A stretch of 64,000 bases of DNA from a virus. Location: the IMG/VR virus record IMGVR_UViG_3300014885_000003, positions 4,737 to 68,736 of that record, one strand, 5' to 3'. The translations under genes were made by a program, and so were the position numbers. Below, piece by piece: positions 44,409-54,321 of the stretch; the first letter of the stretch is position 1; each line of letters opens with the position of its first letter. A model generated the notes under the pieces. It did no database searches. It saw only the letters and a list, made by a program, of their open reading frames with translations, and was not told the origin of the DNA.

Positions 44409-45299
44409 ATGATCGCGAGAAGAATCACGGTCTTCGTCATCCTGCTCATGCTCGCAGGTTCGACCTCCGTCTACGCGGAGTGGTACCCCGAACCGCGAGA
44501 TGCCGCCGCGACTGCGCGTCAGAGACAGGACCAGAAGCAAGGTCAGGGTCAGGAACAGGGGCAGATCCAGGACGCGACCAACGCCGGCAATACCCAGACG
44601 ATCAACAGCGGGTCGAATCTGATCCAGCTTCCCGGCGTCATCAGTGCCTATCCTAACTTCACACAGCCGTACAAGCCGGACGTGTACATCAACGGTGCCG
44701 GTGCCATTCGGCCATCGCGCATGACGTATGAGCAGGCGGACAGATGCGCGAAGGGCCTCGGCTTCTGGGGCGTCAATGATGACTACATCGGGACTGCCCG
44801 AGAAGGCGTCAAGGAGATCTCGCTGAGCTATCCTGCCTGGGATCATCTTCTTCCCACAGCGGACATGACAGGATTCGTCGGTGTGTCGTTGATCAGGACG
44901 AAGGACAAGCCGTGGCTGTCGACGCTCTGCGCTGCCGCGAAGACAGCCATGGACAAGGGGTCGAACACCGGCATCGTGGAGTTCGTGATCCGGCCGGTGA
45001 ACAAGACGAATGGCGCCATGGTCGGCGCTGCTGTCGGTGGATCGGGACTGTCAGGCGGTGCGACTCCGTACGCGCTGGCTGGGACGGTGAGTGCTGGGGT
45101 CGGTACGGCATCGACCTTCGTTCAGGGAGAGCTGATGCTCCAGATCACTGGGATGAAGGACGACAGTCTGAAGAAGAAGGCAGACTCCGGCGGACTCCAG
45201 ATGGTCTCATATCCTCCGCGCATGGTCGTGACGCCGGACGGCCAGATCATCAAGCCTCCGGTCCGTCCGGCCATCCCAGGATTCGTGTCGCAACCGTAA
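44409..45299 (+). CDS. Secreted protein with QxQxQ repeat
   Basis: AAGGAGG SD, signal peptide, QRQDQKQGQGQEQGQIQ, Gly-rich hydrophobic segment. Confidence 0.7.
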   Translation: MIARRITVFVILLMLAGSTSVYAEWYPEPRDAAATARQRQDQKQGQGQEQGQIQDATNAGNTQTINSGSNLIQLPGVISAYPNFTQPYKPDVYINGAGAIRPSRMTYEQADRCAKGLGFWGVNDDYIGTAREGVKEISLSYPAWDHLLPTADMTGFVGVSLIRTKDKPWLSTLCAAAKTAMDKGSNTGIVEFVIRPVNKTNGAMVGAAVGGSGLSGGATPYALAGTVSAGVGTASTFVQGELMLQITGMKDDSLKKKADSGGLQMVSYPPRMVVTPDGQIIKPPVRPAIPGFVSQP

Positions 45300-45470
45300 C
45301 AGGATCGTAGGCGAGGACGGGTCACGGGTGTTGAGGCGTCGTCCTGGTACCCAAGGCCGCCGCGCTATCCTCGCCGCTTCGGGCCACCAGCTCGGAGTTC
45401 GCTTGGTGCGGCGCCAAACGTCTCTCCCTCCCCGGAGGAGATTACGCTCCTCCGGGGAATCGGAGGCGCT

Positions 45471-45821
45471 ATGCTGGTGATTGTCACAGGGTCTCGCCAT
45501 TGGACGAACGTGGAATCAATTCGACGCCGTTTGTCTGCTTTGCCTTCTGGCACCACGATTATTCACGGCGCGTGCCGCGGAGCTGACTCGATCGCTGGTC
45601 ACGTGGCGATCGGGCTCGGCTTCGAGGTCGATCCACATCCCGCAGACTGGTCAAAGTACGGGAATGGCGCTGGCATCATTCGGAACCTGGAGATGCTGCT
45701 GTTGAATCCCGATCTGGTCATAGCGTTTCATCCCGACATTTCCAAGAAGTCCCGAGGTACGAAGCACTGTGTCCAGACTGCACGAATGTACGGTATTCCT
45801 ACTGAAGTCATCACCGAATAA
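45471..45821 (+). CDS. DUF2493/YspA SLOG family protein
   Basis: VTGSR.W, IIHGACRGAD, ADW..YG..AG..RN..M, IAF...SRGT. Confidence 0.85.
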   Translation: MLVIVTGSRHWTNVESIRRRLSALPSGTTIIHGACRGADSIAGHVAIGLGFEVDPHPADWSKYGNGAGIIRNLEMLLLNPDLVIAFHPDISKKSRGTKHCVQTARMYGIPTEVITE

Positions 45822-45835
45822 AAGGAGAACTATCC

Positions 45836-46084
45836 ATGGCGCTCAAGTCGACCGATACCTGCCTCGCAAAGGTGAAGGCAGACGAACCGATCTTTACGCT
45901 CCGAGCGCAGGACGTAACCGCACCTGCTTGCGTCGAGGACTGGGCATCCAGCGTGATTATGGAGTACCATCACGCGCGGAAAGTGATGCCGGACTCCGCG
46001 CGCCAGAAGGTGCAGGGCGCGATCGAAACCGCGCATCAGATGAGGGCGTGGCAGAAGGCGAACGGATCGAAGCTGCCGGACTGA
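45836..46084 (+). CDS. Conserved phage hypothetical protein
   Basis: AAGGAG SD; DEPIFTLRAQD..AP...KLPD. Confidence 0.7.
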   Translation: MALKSTDTCLAKVKADEPIFTLRAQDVTAPACVEDWASSVIMEYHHARKVMPDSARQKVQGAIETAHQMRAWQKANGSKLPD

Positions 46085-46825
46085 TGCTGTACACCCTTCG
46101 TGACCTCGCGGATACGATCGGACGGAACCGCGTCAAGATCGGCAAGAACTGGCTCCCGGCGCGGCCAATGGTCAAAGGCGAATCGTGGACGAAGCGAATC
46201 AAGGCAGCATGGCTGGTTCTGATCGGCAAGGCCGACGCTGTGCGCTGGCCAGGAGGACAGTAATGGTCCACACAACTGCTGCGGAGTTGAACGATTATCT
46301 CCGGACGGTTCTGGAAGTCCCGGAGCACGAGTCGCTGATCGGCGCCATCAACAACCTTCGGCAAGTCGCACTATCAGGAGTGGAGTTGGCCCGAGAACAC
46401 CGGGAGCAGATTCGGACTCTGACGGAGCAGCGGCGGGCCGCGATTGACTCGGAGCACGCGATAGCGATCGATCTGTGTCGTATGACCAAGGAACGGACTG
46501 ATCTGGCCAAGCAGCTCGCGAAGACCCAGCAGAAGTCCCAGAACCGGCAGTTCGCGATCACCATGCTGTCGCAAGCGTACGAGACGACCAAGCGGAAGCT
46601 ACGACGGAAGAACGAGGATTGCGAAGACCTCAAGGTCAGGATGGGCGCAGCGGAGACTGCACACTGGCGCGCGATACGGAGACGGCAAGACGCAATCGAA
46701 GACCTGTTCGCTCGATCGATTCCGATGGTGGAAGCGCTCGGCGCGATCCCAATGGAGGTTCCTGGCCTCCGAGCGCTGGGATGGAGCACGAAGGAGTGGT
46801 CTGAAGAAGCACGTCAGATCATTCT

Positions 46826-47200
46826 ATGAACCTGTTCAATATTGGTCGTGTCTTCATGTTGCATTCCGGTCAGCGGTCGAAGTATAAGATTGACTGTGAT
46901 GCACTGACATCTGAGGACTGGAGTGCGCTAGCAAATATCGTTGCTGCTCGGTTCGGCTTCTCCGCTGTCGAAGGCGTACCGAAAGGGGGCCTAGCGTTTG
47001 CCGGTGCGCTCAGGCCCCTGGAGAGGGCGACTCCAGTTGGCTACCCGTTGCTGATTGTCGATGACGTCCTGACCACGGGACGATCGATGGAGGAACAGCG
47101 AAACGGCCGGACTGCGATCGGTATCGTTCTGTTCTCTCGCACGATGGACTTTCCTCGGTGGATACATCCAATCTTCACGATGAGCGGATTCTTCGCCTGA
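46826..47200 (+). CDS. Phosphoribosyltransferase-like protein
   Basis: LHSG, GVPKGG, PRPP-binding IVDDVLTTGRS. Confidence 0.8.
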   Translation: MNLFNIGRVFMLHSGQRSKYKIDCDALTSEDWSALANIVAARFGFSAVEGVPKGGLAFAGALRPLERATPVGYPLLIVDDVLTTGRSMEEQRNGRTAIGIVLFSRTMDFPRWIHPIFTMSGFFA

Positions 47201-47520
47201 AGTAAAAGGATCGTCCGGAAGCCGCGATATAATCCTCATGGGCAGCCAATGGAGGATGACGGCCTCATGTGAGAACTGCCCGTTCAGTACGAGCGGGTCT
47301 GGTCTTGCACTTAGGAAGTCGCTCTATCCAGGTCGGTGGAAGGAGATCACCAGCACGCTGAAGTCCGGTGGTCACTTCATGTGTCACAAGACGACTGTCG
47401 ATGAAGATGACGACGACACGTCTCGCCGGCCACTGTACTGCGCAGGCGCGTTGGCATACCAGGACAAGCGAGGCATCTCGTCCCAGTACCAACGCATCTG
47501 TGAACGACTGGAGGCAATGA

Positions 47521-48159
47521 GTGCTGAACGTGAAAAAGCTGATCTTGCCAATCGCGCTAGTGATCGCGCTGTCGCTGGGAGCCGGAGTCCTGGTCGGCCT
47601 GGGCATGGGCGTCAAGCAGGGCGTCAAGGAGCAGGACGTCGTGCATCATCAGATTCAGACGATCGAAGACAAGATCCTCGCGGTGGTCGTCGAGCGTAAT
47701 CCACAGGCGACGATCAGGGAGTTCCTGGACTTCCCGCGAGTGCTGTTGGAGGAGGCTCGGACGGCAGGGATCGACTTTGCTATCATCCTCGCGATGATTG
47801 ACAAGGAGTCTGGGTTCAAGCCTGACGCGATCGGCAAGGCTGGAGAGATCGGTCTGATGCAGATCCTTCCGTCGACAGCGAAGCTAGTCGCTGATGCAAA
47901 GAAGATCGACTATCAACCTCCGGTCGCATCGCGGGACGGTCGGTACACAGCGCTCGGATCACTGGCCGACCCGAAGCTGAACGTCAAGCTGGGGATCGCG
48001 TATCTGGTCGATCTCAAGAAGAAGTACGGTGAGATGTCGGCCACGACGCTCCGGGCGTACAATCGGAATCCGGACAAGGCGCGTGAACATCGTCCGGAGG
48101 ACCGTTATGCGGAAGACGTCGGCCTTCGACTAGTGACGATGATTGGCAAGCTACGATGA
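47521..48159 (+). CDS. Membrane-anchored lytic transglycosylase (SLT)
   Basis: N-terminal TM; KESGF, GEIGLMQI, NVKLGIAYL, AYN. Confidence 0.9.
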   Translation: MLNVKKLILPIALVIALSLGAGVLVGLGMGVKQGVKEQDVVHHQIQTIEDKILAVVVERNPQATIREFLDFPRVLLEEARTAGIDFAIILAMIDKESGFKPDAIGKAGEIGLMQILPSTAKLVADAKKIDYQPPVASRDGRYTALGSLADPKLNVKLGIAYLVDLKKKYGEMSATTLRAYNRNPDKAREHRPEDRYAEDVGLRLVTMIGKLR

Positions 48160-48328
48160 TGAAAGAGTGCCCTGAGTGCGGAAGCGCGTTCCTGCCCAAG
48201 TCCAATCATCAGAAGTATTGTGACCCTGAATGCGCGAAAGAAGGCATGCATCGCATGAGCCGACAGAAGCGAAGGACAGTCGATCATGTCCCGTGGCAAG
48301 TTCGCGCGAGATGGGGAAAGGAAGCGGT

Positions 48329-48601
48329 GTGACTCCGATCCAACTGGCCAAGTACATGGCCATGCCGTTCGGGAAGCACGCCGGGAAGAAGATCCGAGAC
48401 CTCCCGACGAGCTATCTCCAGTGGCTCCTGTTCGATTGGGGAGGTCTCTCGGATGGATCGCTGGCCAAGTGTGTCCGTGCCCAGTGGGAGATCAATACGG
48501 GCCAGACTCTCCCCGCTGGGTCGATCCGGGATATTCGGATCAAGGATCAGGTGATCGCTACGCCAGGGCGCCGAAAGGTGACGTTGAGGGACGAAATATG
48601 A
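48329..48601 (+). CDS. DUF3820-like small protein
   Basis: MPFGKHAGKKI.DLP.SYLQW; GTGA coupling to a small Zn-finger ORF at 48156-48332. Confidence 0.7.
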   Translation: MTPIQLAKYMAMPFGKHAGKKIRDLPTSYLQWLLFDWGGLSDGSLAKCVRAQWEINTGQTLPAGSIRDIRIKDQVIATPGRRKVTLRDEI

Positions 48602-49122
48602 GGAACACCAGGATGCACGGAAACGGGTTCATTCAGGTGGACATCGCGCCGGACGTCCGGATGCATGTCTGGGACGTCTGGCCGGACTTCCCTGCGCAGA
48701 AGGTCCGTACGCCAATCCACAATCACACCTTCAGCTTCACCAGTCGGGTGATCAAGGGGTGTCTTCACAATCGTATATTCCGTCTGGTTCGAGGGAAGGA
48801 GTATCGGTTCTACCAGACGATCCGAGGCCAACTGCAACAGACGGAACTGAGCCCGGTCGACTTCACGACGAGCATTGAGGTGATCAGAGAGCAAATTATT
48901 GACTCAGGATCGACGTATCAGTTTCCCGCTGGGATGTTCCATGAGAGCATCCCACTGGATTCCCCAACGATCACGGTCATGACGATCACGGAACAAGGTG
49001 CGGCTGGACCGGGCCCATTCGTCCTGGTGCCGCCGAACATCGAACCGGATAATGACTTCAATCGCTACCAGTACTCAGAGGATGAACTCGACGCACTGGT
49101 ACTCAAGGCGCTGAAGGCATGA
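48598..49122 (+). CDS. Cupin-fold metal-binding protein
   Basis: HGNGFIQ, MHVW, IHNH.FSFTS.V..G, FHES. Confidence 0.6.
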   Translation: MRNTRMHGNGFIQVDIAPDVRMHVWDVWPDFPAQKVRTPIHNHTFSFTSRVIKGCLHNRIFRLVRGKEYRFYQTIRGQLQQTELSPVDFTTSIEVIREQIIDSGSTYQFPAGMFHESIPLDSPTITVMTITEQGAAGPGPFVLVPPNIEPDNDFNRYQYSEDELDALVLKALKA

Positions 49123-50470
49123 GCGCTATCGGAAGAGGTCGATGTGATCTTTGTGGAACTTTCGGGGAATTGTACGTGTGGCAGCGAACATGTTTGATGT
49201 GCAGCGAACTGCGCGCAGGCACACTGAAGGGAATGCGTGACGCCGCAAAGCCAAACGTCCGCAAACGCCCTGTTATCCTGATCAAAGCGGAAGACATCGT
49301 TCAGACAATCAATAGAAGATTCAAGCGAAGCGCTGGGGACATCGAACGATCCGAAGGGCAGAAGAGAAAAGAAGAACCAGACTTCCCACTATCACCAGCG
49401 GTCGCCCGACGAGCGCCAATCAGGGAGGATCTATGATCGCCTTCGTGTTCGTCGTCGCCATGGTCATACCCACGTTCGGTGGCCCGGTTCTCGTGTCCTT
49501 CCAGACGACTGACCTGGAGTCGTGCCTCAAGTTCCGCAAGGTGGTGGAGAAGGAGATGACAGGCATGTCGATGAAGTTCACCATGACACAGTGTGAGGCG
49601 AAGCCATGAAGAGGGTGATGCGTGCAGTGCAAGACAGCCAGCCGGGTGTGTTGGGTTCCATCACCGCGTTCGGCTCGTGGGAATGGCAGTGCTTCTGTTC
49701 CAGTCTATGCCATGAGGGCGATTGGAGAGCGTGAGAACGGGGACAGGCTGTCCGTGAGCCGAGTCCTGTCAGCTGAGGACTGGGAGCTAGCGCAGTTTGA
49801 CATCGTCGGTGTCACCGCCCGCGGCATGCTTGACAAGTTGAAGGACGCGCTCTCCTCTCGCTGATGTCCAAGGGGAGTGGCGTCAAGTGGAGTGGCTTGC
49901 CGTGGCGTGTCGAGGACCGGGACGAAGCCTGTGAACGCTGGCAAGTGCATCAGTATTTCAGCTGGGCGTTTCCTCGCGTCGCCTCCTGGGCCCGCGGGAT
50001 CTGGGCACCAGGCTTCGATCCACACTGGATTGAGAACCCGGCGCTGACTGGGGGATATGATCTGGGGGCGATCGATCGTCGTGAGTTGTGGGAGGCACGC
50101 AATGCCGAGCTGGACCGCCGACGAGCTGACCATAGTGGAGCAATACGTCAGGTGGTTGAGGATTGGAGGCATCACTTACTACACCGCGACGAGAGAAGTG
50201 TGGAGCAGGGTGAGTAGGCGACACACGTCCGAAGCTGTCCGAGCGAAGCTGAAAAGACTGGCCCACGAGCGGTGGCGGACGGAGGCTCGCAAGTGAACAC
50301 CGAGCCGACTTGCTCTCCAGTCGAGATGCATGAGTACGTCCACGGCCAGTGCCCGCCTTGGTGCCAGTTCCGTTGTCTGCTCTTCTTCACGCCCAACGAT
50401 GTGCCTTATCAATGCACGCTGAGCCAGTACCACAGCGGTGAGTGCTCAGTTCAATTAAGGGATTCGGCCT

Positions 50471-51014
50471 GATGATCACGCCGTTCCGAGAAGACGTTTG
50501 CAGGACGATCAATCGCTTCGATCTATTCGGCGCGCCTGATCATGCGGGAGCGATCTATGGCCGACCGGAGGCAACATACCGTTACGCGCTCTGGCGGACC
50601 TGGGGCATACGAGGAAGAGGGCATATCGTCTTCCTGATGTTGAACCCGTCGACAGCGACAGAGCGCGAGCTGGACCCGACTCTCCGACGTTGCATGGGGT
50701 TCGCGAAGCGGTGGAATTACGACGGTATGATCATCGTTAATGTCTTTGCTCTGCGATCGACGAACCCGAAGGCGCTAGCCAGACATCCGAACCCGATCGG
50801 CACGCATAATTACGAGTACATTCTTCAGGTGGTTCGATCTCGGCCAGTGATCGTCGCCTGGGGATCGAATGCGTCGGGAGTCGGCGACAGAATCAGGCCG
50901 CTGCTGACGATGGCGTTGCGTGCTGGCTGTCTCGGACTGACGGAGAAAGGGGAGCCTAGACACCCGCTCTACGTACCATACACACAAGGAGTCAAGCCAT
51001 GGCGCAGTCACTGA
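50471..51014 (+). CDS. DUF1643 family protein
   Basis: YRY.L.R.W, MLNPSTA...DPT.RRC, NVFALRSTNP, AWG, PRHPLY. Confidence 0.9.
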
Positions 51015-51322
51015 AGTTCGAGGACATCAGTCCGTGGATCGGAGTCGATCTCGACGGCACGCTCGCACAGTACGGCGAGTGGGAAGGCCCGACCAAGATC
51101 GGACCTCCGATTCCTGCGATGGTCGAACGTGTCAAGGCCTGGCTGGCCAACGGAGACGCCGTGAAGATCTTCACCGCCCGGGTGAACCCGTCGAGTCCTG
51201 GCGCCGCGACATCTCTGGTGCGAAGACGTCTAGAGACCACGTATATGAAAGACATGGGCATGACCGAGCTGTGGGACGATCGGGCGCATCACGTCACGCC
51301 CAACACCGGGGAGGAAGCATGA
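50999..51322 (+). CDS. HAD-like phosphatase (short)
   Basis: IGVDLDGTLA, IFTAR, LWDDRA. Confidence 0.7.
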   Translation: MAQSLKFEDISPWIGVDLDGTLAQYGEWEGPTKIGPPIPAMVERVKAWLANGDAVKIFTARVNPSSPGAATSLVRRRLETTYMKDMGMTELWDDRAHHVTPNTGEEA

Positions 51323-51916
51323 TAGAACAGGTCCGAGCGCTGATCTCGCGGCATGTAGCGAGTCACGGAGCCTATCCGACGAAGCTGCTGATGGACCCGG
51401 CGACGTCGATCGTTTTCCGTGACTACCTGGTTGAACGGATACCGATGCAGTACCGGCCGGAGATGGGAGCGCCTATCACGAAGTTCCTGGGCCTGACAGT
51501 CGAGATCGTCAACGACCCTGAGCAACTGAAGGTGGCGTGATGAAGATACTCCCAGGATCGATCACGTGTCTTGCAGGTGAGGGTCGACTGACGATCCAGG
51601 TACCAACGATCAGTATCGGCACGGACGATCGTGCGTTGGAAGATGCTCCGGATGACTGGTTCGTTTTGACTGGGTACGGGACGAAGCCAGCGATCGGTCG
51701 AGAGCGATCAAGCGCCTTCGTGTATCTGTCCAGAAAGGGGTACGAAGCCAACAAGTCGGCCCTCCGCGCAGCGTTCAATCAATCGACCTCTCGCCGCGGG
51801 ACATGGCAACAGTTCGAAGCGGCAGCGGAGGCGTTCTTTGCTGATCTGGAAAAGAACCGACAGAAGCGAATCGCGAGGCTCACGCAACAGATCAAGGACC
51901 TGGAGGCATACCAGGT

Positions 51917-52219
51917 ATGAGCGACTATCCGACCGAGGAGCAGCTCGCGAAGATCCGGACCTGGCCATCGAACGATCCGAAGGGATGGTTCGCGTTCATC
52001 AAGGCGGTCTGGTGGTCGCCTGACTGGGGATGGACCGAACAGGCCCTTCCCAAGGGAGCGCCACTTCTGAACCGCGGCACGTTGTATGCGGTATCGACCG
52101 GCGGGTGGTCGGGGAACGAAGAGATCATCGCAGCGATGCAGAAACACGAGTCGTTGTGGCTTACGACGTGGGAATCGAGCCGGCGCGGCGGGCATTACGA
52201 GTTCGAGGTCACGCCATGA
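51917..52219 (+). CDS. Conserved phage hypothetical protein
   Basis: YPTEEQL...STGGWSGNEEII...RRGGHY. Confidence 0.65.
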   Translation: MSDYPTEEQLAKIRTWPSNDPKGWFAFIKAVWWSPDWGWTEQALPKGAPLLNRGTLYAVSTGGWSGNEEIIAAMQKHESLWLTTWESSRRGGHYEFEVTP

Positions 52220-52484
52220 TCGACATCGGTCCGAACCTCATGGTTGTGCTCGGTCTTGCTGCTATTGCCTTCATTGTCTGGGTCATGATGCGATGAGACC
52301 CGAGCGGCAGGATCGATGTCCGACACGATTCGAGCGTCGATCAAAAGGACTTCGCTATGTCAATCGGCGTTGGCAGTGTCCTCGGAAGAAGCTGAAAGGC
52401 CTTCCCTACTGTTCGTATTGTGAGCCTTTGTCGATGAAGCGAGACAGACTTGCCTCTTGATACAATGACAAGGAGGTAACCACT

Positions 52485-52910
52485 TTGGCATCTCCACCGA
52501 ACGGACGGCCAATCAGTCGATTCAAGAAGGGGGAACCTCGTCCGCCTGGCGCTGGAAGAAAGAAGGGCGTACTCAATCGGACGACCGTACGGATACGGGA
52601 TATCGCGCGGGGGATTCTGGAGGACCCGGACGTTCAGAAGAAGCAGCTCGCGCGGATCAAGGACGGAACGGAGCACCCAGCGATCGTGACGCTCCTGTAT
52701 CACTACGCGTACGGGAAGCCGCCGGAGAAGCTGATCATTGAGGATCAGAACGGTGGGACGTCAGCGATTCCGATCGCGATGCTGGCGAAGATGCTGACGG
52801 GCGATCAGATAGCGATGCTGATCGAGGTCAACCGGACCGTCAAGGCGTTACAGGCCAGAGTCGTAGCGGAGATGCCGGACGGAACTGAGATCCTGGATAG
52901 CAAGGGATGA
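52485..52910 (+). CDS. Terminase small subunit (putative)
   Basis: AAGGAGG SD; FKKG....GAGRKKG..N, YAYGKP pattern typical of TerS. Confidence 0.7.
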   Translation: MASPPNGRPISRFKKGEPRPPGAGRKKGVLNRTTVRIRDIARGILEDPDVQKKQLARIKDGTEHPAIVTLLYHYAYGKPPEKLIIEDQNGGTSAIPIAMLAKMLTGDQIAMLIEVNRTVKALQARVVAEMPDGTEILDSKG

Positions 52911-53180
52911 TCAGACAGGCCGTGGTCGCGGTGATCATTCAGAACCACAAGGGCGAGTTCTACGTGCAGCAACGTCCGGCCCACAAGCTGATGCCCGGCA
53001 TGTGGGAGTTCCCGGGCGGCAAGGTCGAACCGAACGGTCGACAGCGCGCAGACGATTGCGTGGGTCACATACGAGGCCCTGCGCGATCCGCGATACAAGT
53101 TCATGACGCGCGATGCTGGCCTGCTGGAAAAGATCAAAGGAGGATGCTTTGACTATCTGCTCTCGGCTGGCGGACTGTGA
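52907..53180 (+). pseudogene. Disrupted MutT/Nudix hydrolase
   Basis: QR...PGMWEFPGGKVE, then the REUxEE part of the Nudix box is missing; a plausible C-terminus (IAWVTYEAL...) continues in another frame. Confidence 0.55.
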
Positions 53181-53949
53181 TTGGAAGGAGTTCCGACGAT
53201 GACGACTCTGACACATACCGAACTGGACTATCTGCTCTCGGCTGTTCAGGAACGCATTAGAATCGATCGAGCCGATAACGCTCACCCCTCAGCGGCTTCG
53301 TCGTTCTTCCTGCGACGTCTCCAGTACAAGCTGATCACGGTTCGCTTTCCGGACCTCGCGGACTTCCTGAAGTGGCCGGAGGGTGATCCGCTACCGCTGA
53401 TCATCCCGCATTCGGAGGACCGGATTCGAAGCCATTACTCGCGGGCCTGAACGATGGACGAAACGTACGAAGACTACCAGCTCTCGTCCTTGATGGATCG
53501 AGTCGAGGAGCTGACCTCCGATCTCTCGCGGGTTCAGCGCCGGCTGGTCGAGTCCGAACGCCAGCGCGACATCCTGACGGAGCAGATCGTATCTGCCACT
53601 CCTCTTGGAGAAGGCTTCTGGGGCCGCGCCGTCGGGCGATTGATGAATCAACTGGCCATGGTCCGGCTCGAACGAGACGGGTTGGTTGCTGAGATCAGAC
53701 GAAGGAGCGAAGACGCTACGTTCGAGGATCTTGTCCCATGAAACGTATCGAACGTATTCGGTCCGGGATGCGGTCGATCAGGATGAGTCAGGAGTTCAAG
53801 AAGAACCCGATCCTTCAAGACTTCGCCTGGCTCCTGGATCGCTTCGACGTACTGTCGATCAGTGCTGGATGCGTGGTAGCAAACCAAAAGGACGAACTGG
53901 CCATGAAGACACTGTTCAAAGCGCTTGGGTGTCTGGACGAACCAGCGCC

Positions 53950-54321
53950 ATGAGTGACGTTGTGGTGACCGTGCCAGTGAAGCAGTGGTCTCGGTGGTTA
54001 GAAGAAGGTGACTTGCCGGGTGACCGACCGACAGGTCGTCAGTACTCGTTCTCCGTGCCGACTGCGCCTCGTGATCTGTTTCGAGGTGATCGGGTGTACA
54101 TCGTCTGTAATGGGAAGCTGCGCGGCTATGCCCCTTTGGTCTCTATCGTTCAAGGCACGATCGTCCCTCGTGGGATTCGGATGACTGGGTGGCTCCTGAT
54201 CCGTGAGGGAAGCGCCGTCGCGGTAACGATTCCTCGGGTCTTTGTCCCGCGCCGCGGATTCGTCTATCGCTGGTGGCCCCGCGATATGGAGACGCCCTTT
54301 CCCGACTGGAAGACGTTATGA
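53950..54321 (+). CDS. Hypothetical protein, possible ASCH/EVE-like fold
   Basis: GDRVYIV..G.LRGYA...RGF.YRWW. Confidence 0.5.
   Translation: MSDVVVTVPVKQWSRWLEEGDLPGDRPTGRQYSFSVPTAPRDLFRGDRVYIVCNGKLRGYAPLVSIVQGTIVPRGIRMTGWLLIREGSAVAVTIPRVFVPRRGFVYRWWPRDMETPFPDWKTL

Noticed and set aside
45340-45420. HDV-like/theta ribozyme (UCCUCGC resembles L3)
   Set aside because: Could not build P1, P1.1, P2 and P3 with the required nesting
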